Shown: piece after piece, positions 54,131 through 64,000 of the stretch | Position numbering within the stretch: the first letter of the stretch is position 1 | How the letters are laid out: each line of letters starts with the position of its first letter | NCBI GenBank assembly: GCA_951406725.2 | Contig: OX597830.1 | Span: forward strand, 3,844,001-3,908,000 | DNA length: 64,000 bases | Direction of reading: 5' to 3' | From: Octopus vulgaris | Taxonomy: Eukaryota | Notes under the pieces: generated by a model | Databases searched by the model: none | Told to the model about the DNA's origin: nothing | Seen by the model: the letters and a program-made list of their open reading frames with translations, nothing else | Made by a program: the position numbers and the translations under genes

Positions 54131-54738
54131 CATTATGAAGGTGAGAAGCTGGCCACATCATTAGCACCCTGTACAAAATGGTTAATGGCATGCATTTCTT
54201 CTGGTTCTGATTTCCAAGTTTTGTTGAAGCTGATTTTAATCCCTTCAGGGTCGATAAGTACCAATCAAGTACTGGGGTTGATACAATTGACTAGATTCCT
54301 TTCCCCAAATTTCAGGCCTTGTATCCTGGGTACATTATTATTAAGGGGGCCATGAGCTGGAGAGAATCCTTATTATGACAAACAAAATACTTTGCAGTAT
54401 TTCTCCTGACTTTTTCCATTCTGAGTTTAAATCCTGCCAAGGTGAACTTAGCCCCTCATCCTTTCGGGGGTCAATTAAATATGGTATTGGCCAAGTACTG
54501 GGGTGTGATGATATTGACTATCTCCTTTCCCAAGAAACTGCTGACCTCGTGCCAAAATTCAAACCCCTGCACATCAGACAAAATGCTTCTTCTAGTTGTT
54601 TACCTTTTGAGTTCAAGTACAGTCATGGTTGACTTCATCTTTCATCATTTTGGTTCGATAAAACAAGTACCAGTTGATGTAATCAACTTGCTTCCTCCGT
54701 CCCTCTAAAATTGCTGGCTTTGTGTCAAAATTAGAAGT
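53847..54738 (+). mobile_element. Stack of four head-to-tail family A SINE copies
   Basis: Units start at about 53847, 54137, 54345 and 54570, each with a (partly degenerate) ctgagttcaaat / catcctttcggggtc / gtaccag block; the first spacers are (ATT)n. Confidence 0.8.
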
Positions 54739-55294
54739 GTTATCATTGTTGTTGTTACTGTTGCTTTTATCATCATCATCAGCATCAGCATCATTACTAG
54801 CCTCATTATTTTCTTATTAACACTGCTATTTTAATAATAACATCATAACCAATATCTTAATTGGTTATCATTATCACCAGCATTATAATTAAAATCGACT
54901 TCCAATTATATAACGACAGAATACTAAAGTCTGATCACACATTATTTAGACAAGTTTTGAAACATCGCATTACTGTCTCTACATGGAATCTTCATAATTT
55001 GTTGGTTCCCCTATCTGGTTTAACAGAAAAAAATATTTCTTTCATGGAATGAAAGGTCAGCAACTGGTAGATTGTGAACCCCTGATGAGAGTTGGACCTT
55101 ATCTAAACGTTTCTTGAATTTAATGTATTTATGAGTAATTGAGCAGTTGAGGGCTTTACAGGTAGTGTCCTGCTTTGATTAGTTTTTGCTGACATAAACG
55201 TTGTCAGCGATGGAAATAAAGGGTGGGGAGATACACAGGGATATTTTCATATGTACGATATGATACAATAACCATTATGTGGACAATGAGCCTG

Positions 55295-55555
55295 ACTGGC
55301 GTCCGTGTCAGTGACACGTAAAAGCACCAACCGATCATAGCCATTTGCCAGCCTCCTCTGGACCCTGTACCGGTGGCACGTAAAAAGCACCCACTACACT
55401 CACGGAGTGGTTGGCGTTAGGAAGGGCATCCAGCTGTAGAAACACTGCCAGATCAGACTGGAGCCTGGTGTAGCCTCCTGGCTTCCCAGACCCCGGTCAA
55501 ACCATCAAACCCATGCTAGCATGAAAAACGGACGTTAAATGATGATGATGATGAT
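55295..55555 (+). mobile_element. RTE-family 3' end with (GAT)n tail
   Basis: ggcacgtaaaaagcacccactacactcacggagtggttggcgttaggaagggcatccagctgtaga...aacggacgttaaatgatgatg is the reverse complement of 8030-8230. Confidence 0.9.
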
Positions 55556-56053
55556 AATAAAAGAAAATAATTAACAGATGTAACAAAAAGAAGAAGCTGA
55601 TCTTTATTGCAATGGTTATTCAGGTAGATATTTCATTTATTTCAAATTTTGGCACAAGACTAGCAATTTCAGTTATGTCCAGAAATGATGAAAGGCAAAC
55701 TTGACCTCAGCGTAATTTGAACTCAGAATGTATGGATGAGTGAAATGCTGTAAAGCATTTTGTTTGGTATGCTAACACTTCTGCCATGTCCCTGCCTGGA
55801 GTTAGATCTATACTCATGTTGCAACATCTGTGGGGAGGCCGTTATAAAACACATGCATATATTTAGACAACAGAAAGAGTTCAGTGAAGTTGCCATGAGG
55901 AATGGAGTATTCAGTATATTTGACTGAAGCTTTCTTCTGGCTAAACATGACAGAAGGGAAACAAAAGGAAAGAAAATCATCAGTTTTTATCAAACTCTGC
56001 AGTTTTTCTTATATTTTCTCTTCTGTCAACTTTACCCAGAAGAAGGAACATGA

Positions 56054-56427
56054 CAGGGACGTGCCACCCAGATAGGCAAGGTAGGTAGTACAAGGTAGAT
56101 CAATAGCAAAATATGGATCTAGTTCAATAAAATTATGAAGGTTACTCTGAATACTATATATAAAATGCAAAATACTTGATTTTTTTACAGATTAGGTGGG
56201 CATAATTCGTCCGTGCTTTTCAATCTTAGTATTTAAGCTATGTATAATGATGCTGTAGTACACGTGCCATGTACATTCCTGCAACGTGTTCTTTACATGC
56301 TATAAAGGCAGAAGCAAATCTGCCTTCCACTCAGGTGTGCACCTGTGTTTTGCTTATTTTTTGTGTGTTTTACTATATGAAGGTCACCTACTGCCTACCC
56401 TGAGTAATTACTGATGGCACGTTCCTG
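56054..56427. mobile_element. hAT-type MITE (374 bp)
   Basis: TIRs cagggacgtgcca / tggcacgttcctg; 8-bp TSD gaacatga (56046-56053) versus gaatatga (56428-56435); subterminal ggtaggyagta motifs at both ends. Confidence 0.8.
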
Positions 56428-56454
56428 GAATATGAATATGATTTTGGTTTCAGA

Positions 56455-56875
56455 TTTCAGCACAAGGCCATCCTTTTTCAGTGGGAAGTGGTGAGGCAAT
56501 TGCATGAACCCCAGAACTCAACTGGTACTTATTTCATCGACCGCAAAAGGATGTAATGTAAGGTTGACTTGGATGGAATTTGAACTCAGAACATAAACAC
56601 AGATGAAATGCTGTGGATCATTTTGTTCAGCGTGGTAATCATTCTTCCAAATTGCCACCTCAAAAAACTCTGAAATATCATTTTCATATTCTGGTACAAG
56701 GCCAGCAATTTGAGGGGAGGAGTTAAGCTGAATACATTAACCCCTAGTACACAACTGGTACTTATCTTATTGACCCTGAAAGGATGAAAAGCAAAGTTGA
56801 CCTCGGCAGAATTTGAACTCAGAACATAATAGTAAACAAAATGCTGCTTAGCATTTGGCCAGGTGTGCTACCAGC
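56455..56875 (-). mobile_element. Two tandem family A SINEs, minus strand
   Basis: ctggtacttat...aaaggatg...gttgac...gaatttgaactcagaac occurs twice. Confidence 0.8.
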
Positions 56876-56988
56876 TTATTACCCTGATTTACTGAATACT
56901 GCTCCATTACCTACAACAATTTCTTTAAATTGTTTCTCTTTACATTATTTACATTTGATGGATATTTGTCTTCTTCTTGTTTGTTCTT

Positions 56989-57034
56989 AACACAACGTTT
57001 CAACTGATATACCCTCCAGCCTTCATCAGGTGTC
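56989..57034 (-). ncRNA. Minimal type I hammerhead ribozyme motif
   Basis: Minus strand gacac CTGATGA a ggctg-gagggtatat-cagtt GAAA cg TT gtgtt: 5-bp helix I, helix II with two G.U pairs, palindromic AACGTT in place of helix III. Confidence 0.72.
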
Positions 57035-57229
57035 TTGGGGGAAATTTCGAACCTGGGTTCTCATTCCTAAGGTATTTTTCGATGTTGTTGTTGTTGTTAT
57101 TATTATTATTATAATTATTATTATTATCATTATCATTATTATTTTTATTATTCAAGTCACTGCCTAGAATCAAACTCAGAATCTTGGGTTTATGCCTGAA
57201 TAATAATAATAATAATAATGATAATAATG

Positions 57230-57284
<55 letters not shown>

Positions 57285-57337
57285 TAACACTGAAAAATAC
57301 CTTAGGAATGAGAACCCAAGTTTGAAATTTCCCCAAA

Positions 57338-57381
57338 GCACCTGATGAAGGCTGGAGGGTATATCAGCCGAAACGTTGGGT
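57338..57381 (+). ncRNA. Minimal type I hammerhead ribozyme motif
   Basis: gcac CTGATGA (57342-57348) a GGCTG-gagggtatat-CAGCC GAAA (57370-57373) cg TT gggt; perfect helix II, one mismatch in helix I. Confidence 0.72.
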
Positions 57382-58229
57382 TAACAACAAACAAGATGAG
57401 GACAAATATCCGTTAAATGTAAATAATGTAAATAATTGCTTGTCACTTAAACTGCATTGTTTCTCTTTCTCCAACTGATACAAGTCCTGCTAATGCAGGT
57501 CACCACCGGTCACTCTGGATTCATCTCTATCTAATGTAACGATTACTGAAATGCTTGGAGATGTACACACACACACTCTACTCAAATCAAAGAAACAAAG
57601 AAAGTGTTTCTACATATCTTTTATCCTTTACTTGTTTCAGTCATTAGACTGTGGTCATGCTGGGGCACCAAATGATGATGATGATGATGATAGAAAAAAT
57701 TAAAAATTAAAAAATAGGCAAATTAAATTTGATGATGGAAGGTAGGAATTTGGTTTAGCATTCACAGAAATTTTGAATGTCAGTTCATTCTACTTATCTT
57801 GGTATATACACCCTGTATAAGAATATTAAAACATTAATCTTAGGTAGATTTCCACGAGTGCTGTGAAATATATAGACATCAAATTATTGAAGAATTTTCT
57901 AAAATTATCATTAATTTCTTAAGAATTTTCTTTCTATAGCCTCAGATATTTGAAATTAAATTATATACACAAATATATCTATACATGTGTACATGTGGGT
58001 GTCTGTATACACACGCTTGTACATTTGCTTAAATAACAGAAAATTAAGAAGTCCATGGTTAAAAATGCTCGCTTCAAGACCATGTGGTCCCAGGTTCATT
58101 TCTACAGCTCACTGCATTTTACAAGTATCTTACTTTTTTGCCGTATCGATAACTTGTGTGCAAAATTCAGTTCACGGAAACTGTGCAATGCACATGCACA
58201 TGTGCATACACACACACACAGACATTTAT

Positions 58230-58281
58230 GTATAAATATATAGATATATATGTATACTTACACACATATATATATAAATAC

Positions 58282-58378
<97 letters not shown>

Positions 58379-58667
58379 CACATATATATACACACATATA
58401 TATAAATACATATTTATACATATATATACATACACACATATATATAAATACATATATATATATACATATATATATATATTTGATTTCATTTGATACATAT
58501 ATCCTCTCACCTATGCTACTAGCTGGCATATACAGTATTCACCCTGAATTTATTATATATATATATAAAAAAAATATATACATATATATATATATACACA
58601 TATATATATATATATACATATACATATACACACATATGTACACACATATATATACATATACGTTTGT

Positions 58668-58722
<55 letters not shown>

Positions 58723-58743
58723 TATGTATATATATATATGTAT

Positions 58744-58785
<42 letters not shown>

Positions 58786-58889
58786 TCATATATATATATA
58801 TATATGTAGATATATATACATATATATATCTGTGTATATATACATACATATAAATTTGTGTATATATATATACACATATATATTGATTC

Positions 58890-58920
<31 letters not shown>

Positions 58921-58968
58921 TATATGTGTATATATATATATATATATATACACACAAATATATATATC
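58230..58968. repeat. (TA)n/(CA)n compound microsatellite
   Basis: Directly visible. Confidence 0.96.
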
Positions 58969-59279
58969 TAAAAGGGTTGAATGTGAAATTGTCCTTTAAT
59001 TGGATTAGTTTCCAAAAGATCTCTAACGTTTCTTCATACTTTACTTTAATTTACTGGTGTAAATTAGCATGGATATGAAAATTTATATAAGTATATAAAG
59101 TATATGATTTAACTTATAAAACAAAGTTCAACAAATTCAATCATACTTTTCGTAAATGGAGGAGATTTAGATGTTAATGTGGATTGAAATTATTTTTATT
59201 CATTTAGCTATACGATCGTTTCATACAGAATGACAATAAATTCATTTTAAGAAATCTAGGTTGTCAAAAAGTATTCGTC

Positions 59280-59458
59280 AGTAGCAAAAATTAAGGAAAG
59301 GAAAAAAGCTAAAAAGACGTTAGAATTACAGAGCTATGGTGTTATTAATGTGTAAAGAACAATTACACATTACGAACACCATAGCTCTGTAATTCTAACG
59401 TCTTTTTAGCTTTTTTTCCTTTTGTTTACTGCTGTTTACTGCTGTGATTTTTGCTACT
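59280..59458. repeat. Hairpin with perfect 42-bp arms and nested 10-bp stem
   Basis: 59302-59343 is the exact reverse complement of 59375-59416; inner taatgtgtaa/ttacacatta; outer agtagcaaaaat/atttttgctact. Confidence 0.92.
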
Positions 59459-59518
59459 AAGGTATCGGTTAAACTTTTGATTAATCTACTACAAGATTAT
59501 TCATCTTTCTATTTCACA

Positions 59519-59642
59519 TTATATATATATATATATATAATATATATATATATAATGTATATATATATATAATATATATATATATAATATATATATATAA
59601 TGTATATATATATATATAAATATAAATATATATATATATAAT

Positions 59643-59680
<38 letters not shown>

Positions 59681-59686
59681 ATGTAT

Positions 59687-59738
<52 letters not shown>

Positions 59739-59753
59739 GTATATATATATATA

Positions 59754-59806
<53 letters not shown>

Positions 59807-59818
59807 CACATACATACA

Positions 59819-59862
<44 letters not shown>

Positions 59863-60160
59863 CACACATACATACATGTGTGTGTATATATACTTTGATA
59901 CTTTGATACTTTGATAGGTTTCGGCCATTATTGGCCCAGGCCATGTCTAACTTAATAGCACCACCTGGTGAAGTCTTATATATATACATATACACACATA
60001 TATATACATATACATATACACACATACATGTGTGTGTGTATATATATATATATACATATACACACATACATACATGTGTGTGTATATATATATATATATA
60101 TATACATATACACACATACATGTGTGTGTGTATATATATATATACATATACACACATACA

Positions 60161-60210
<50 letters not shown>

Positions 60211-60250
60211 CATACATACATGCGTGTGTATATATGTATATATATAAATA
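59519..60250. repeat. (TA)n array followed by a minisatellite of catatacacacatacatgtgtgtg(ta)n units
   Basis: Unit recurs about six times between 59800 and 60230. Confidence 0.9.
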
Positions 60251-63200
60251 CATAAATGCACACACATTTACCTGTCTTCCTGTGTATATTTTATGCTTAT
60301 GAAAATTTGCTGATCTCCCTAACGTATCGACACACACACACACACGATAGATATTCCTAAGCCTTTTAATCGACACGCATATTTAAGTGCTTATGTATTT
60401 ATACTAAGTTAATATATTTACAGTAAAGTAATTCTTATATCAAAGAATTGTGTATGTGTGGTTGGTCTGCAGAAAGAGGAGACGCAAGGAAACAGCGTTA
60501 TATAATTCCGTACGGCCAGGAAAGGTACGACATATAAGAAGAATTTTTTATTTTCACTTCTATTTTCGTTTTTTTTTTCATTCATTCATTCATTTGCCAC
60601 GAGAGCGGATGATAATAATTTTAATAATGGTAAAGATTAATGACAGGAACGGAAGAGAAAGAGATAATCAGAAGTAAGGAAGGGGGGAAGAAGAAAAAAA
60701 AAACGAGAAGACGATATTGCAAAGAGAGCGAGACGTTTAGCATGGAATGGAGAGGAGAGATTGAATGAAGAAAATGGAAGAGAAATGAGGAAAAAAGTAA
60801 AGACGATATTTGCTTCACGAGGAAAAAGAGAAAATTAATTGATAGAAAGATAGACATATAAAGAAAAAATTCAAAAGACTGGTACCTACACACAGACACA
60901 ACCTTTCAGACTGAGGAATTATGAAGAGTTTGTCCCCGTTTTATTATAAACTTCTTCCAGACTCTTCTTCAACGTTAGTTTCTTACGCTTTGATGTACAT
61001 ACGAGCCGTGGATACAGCATTATTTAAAGACCATTCTTCAGGCGACTACCGGCAATGGGCTTACCGGCTTTTACTCTAAACCAGGTAAGCAATATATTAC
61101 GAAAAAAGAAAAAAACTAAAAAAGATTTTTAAAAATATAATAATGCTGACTTTAATGTATAAAACATCGGTGTTTTTATATATCTATTGTTATTTTCGGC
61201 CTCCCACCTAACACTTATCACCTGTACTGGGCAAATATATTTCTTTTATTGTTTGGACAGGTGGATGATGCTAATTGGTTTAGTAACACGATGCTGTCCT
61301 CTATTTATCTGTGTCTTTAGAAATTTTTCTTTAATTTTTCTTTTTCCTGCTTTGTTACTCTACAAATGACAACTGTAGAATCTCCCTTCCGTGTCTCCGG
61401 AGACCGATTCTATCTCGTCTTCCCTCCTCCCCCTTCATCACAGCCTTTAGTGGTCATTATTATGAATGGTCAGCAGCGATAGTCCGGTTTGTTATTATTC
61501 TGTCGGTTGTCACCTCATGCAGTTTCGCCTCAGTCAGGTGTCAATATCGCCGACCTCTGTTTGTCACGTATATCGCCACTCTTATTACCACTACCACTAC
61601 TACTACTAGTAGCACTTCTGTGACTCTTGCTACTACTACTACTACTACTACTGCTGCTGCTGTAGGAATCGTCACTTATTTTCCACCGCCGCTACCATTC
61701 TCTCTCAGACATCATGTTGGTGCCGATGCAAACTGTTTGACACCATCAACAACACCATCTCCCGTATTCTGGGGTTCTGCCGCCTCCAACAACAACAACA
61801 CAATCACCCACACCAGTTAACAGCTAGAACAACATCAACAAACCAGCCTCTAGGTGGACACGCAGTTTACTAGAAATAACAGCTGCATTCTTTTCGATTC
61901 ACGCACTGACGTCAGAAACTAGCAAAAAGGACACGTAAGGTAACATAGTCCAATGTATCTTAGGAATAAAAACGGGATGGTTACGGCTGGAACGATGCCT
62001 TTGGTAGTCAGGCAGACCTACAGTTCGATAACATCTCTAACTCCCGCCACATTCTACCATAACAAACAACTGCGCTTTCCTCTGCGTGTCGTAATGTTGG
62101 CCTTGGAATCATTCCTTGATTTTGGCGGGGTGTTTGTTCATGGGATCGGCCGCATTTGATAGGGTAGAATGGAAGGTGGGGCGAGGCGGGTGAGATCTAT
62201 ATTCTTCGTACTGTAAGTTAAGCCAATATAATTATATTTTATTAATAAACATCTCCGAAATATGGAAAGCAGAAATTATCTTCATTATCATTATTTGTAG
62301 CAGTAATGGTTGTTGTTGTAAATATTTCTTACTGCATTTCCCGCAACCCCCAACACTTCTCTGTCCTCTACCGGCGCCTGCGATAGAACTGGCGACAGCA
62401 ACCGATTCCTTCGTTATTACCGTAAAAAAATATACAGAAGTGGCCAACATCGTAAGAGAGAGGTTAAATTCGCAATGAGCTGACTCGGCGAACCGGGTTC
62501 GTTTCTCAGTTGGACTTCTTTCACTTGGCTCATCTTCGAAAAGTAAATAAATGACTTGTTTACCATTTTTTCTTCTGCTTCCACAGAAATATTAAATTTT
62601 TTTTTTTTTTATCTCAAATGTCAAAGCAATCCAACAACCTCTGCTTTCATTGGTACACTAACAATGCTCTCAGTGCTACATCTATCTTACTAATAACCAA
62701 CATTGGCGTCTGCTACTACTGCGTCTGCAACAGAACAAACCAGCGAGACACTATGTGGTCGATATACATTGCTAGAAATGCCAACTAAATACCTTCAAAT
62801 CAAACGATATCGCTTTCAAAACAAGGGAAAACTACACACGAGAGATTGTACTGCTAAGTAAATAAACCTGCAGGATGGTCATAGCTGGAATGCCTTTTGT
62901 TATAGGTCTGTTAGACGATGGCTGACCTGGGGCTAAACAACGACAAAAATAATAAATTCTTCTACGGAAGCTCACTGTGGTCAGTCTGCTTGTTAGAAAT
63001 AGCAGGCAATTTCCCTCAAATCACACCCAACTGTCTTAGGAGAAGGAAAGAAAGGACATACTGGAGGATGTAGTCAAAGATACGCGGAAAGTTGGGGTGG
63101 TCACACTTTGACTGTCTTTGGTTAAAGCGCTGCAGGACGAAGATTGACCCGCGGTGGAACTACTACTACTACTACAATTCTTTTTACAACTGATTTAAGC

Positions 63201-63481
63201 ATCAAAACAAAGATGTGGCTTCTAAAGAGCAACCTTTATATGCGTATGTGTGTGAGTGTATACACACACACACATACACACATGCATACAAATGTGTGTA
63301 AACACATGACAGGCATTTGCAGATAGATAGATATACAAAGTGATATGATCACACAGACATGAAACAATATAGGCACATTTTTTAATAGAAATCTGTGTAT
63401 ATATATATATATATATGCATACACATACACGCACATAGATATATATGGTCAATTCAAAGAACAAACAATTAAAACATACAC

Positions 63482-63522
<41 letters not shown>

Positions 63523-64000
63523 CACACACATACACATATATACATAATAGTATATACATACATTTATGCGTTTAACTGTGTGAAGGTTTTATTATAATTT
63601 TTACAGATAGTTCCTATTCCTTCCCAAAATTTCACTTTTTCCATTTTGGTTTCATCACCAACCGAATTTCTCTAGCTTTTTCCCTTCTGTATCAAATCAT
63701 CCATGTACACAAGTGCTTGCGCTAGGATAAATGCAAACGTAAAAAGAAGTACTCAATACATTGAACTGAGTTTCTAAATTTTTACTAAGTTCATGATTAG
63801 CTTATGTCAGGAGTTTCTTCAGCCAACCCATCTCTCCCAGATGCGGGAAACCAATGAGGGACCGAGAGAGAGAGAGAGAACCACCAACTTGACACAAACA
63901 CATATATATACATATACGTACATATCTTCATATAAACATCACATGCTCCTACACAAGTGTTTCACAAGCATACACCATGGGAAATTGTTTAACCCTTTCA

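Larger units (their letters stand above)
56942..57455. mobile_element. Fold-back retroposon with two divergent hammerhead motifs, (AAT)n spacers and a residual tRNA B-box
   Basis: Arms ~56939-57153 and ~57195-57432 are reverse complements; 13-bp direct repeat ATTGTTTCTCTTT at 56929-56941 and 57456-57468. Confidence 0.88.

Noticed and set aside
55078-55120. CTGATGA followed by ...ctaaacgtttc, a possible hammerhead
   Set aside because: GAAA core is absent (TAAA), helix II is weak and there is no helix I partner; at most a dead remnant.
58156-60376. Many 100-285 aa ORFs rich in Y/I/H/T/C/V (also at 10.6, 14.7, 23, 29.6, 35.7 and 39 kb)
   Set aside because: Translations of (TA)n/(TG)n microsatellites.

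Overview
AT-rich, microsatellite-dense eukaryotic non-coding DNA. The repeat repertoire looks like an Octopus/cephalopod genome (inference). No host protein-coding exon can be confidently called, and nearly all ORFs in the track are translations of simple repeats. Real coding remnants are all transposon-derived: a 5'-truncated RTE LINE (about 8.0-10.3 kb, minus) with a C4HC3 PHD-type finger inside its RT, a 5'-truncated Dong/R4-type RT+RLE element in a (TAA)n tract (52.0-53.8 kb) plus an older copy, and decayed RTE, Tx1/L1, CR1 and Tigger/pogo fragments. There are many tRNA-derived SINEs, a non-autonomous Helitron and a hAT MITE with an 8-bp TSD. The most notable signal is five near-complete type I hammerhead ribozyme motifs from three unrelated repeat families, all with a minimal palindromic helix III as in Penelope-like elements. 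Four of them sit as inverted pairs inside fold-back elements. One family can be reconstructed as a tRNA-like (Pol III A/B box) head + (AAT)n + hammerhead unit with a 13-bp TSD. The window also has several long fold-back palindromes and an apparently CpG-richer last 4 kb. All calls were made by eye; no alignment, folding or database search was run.
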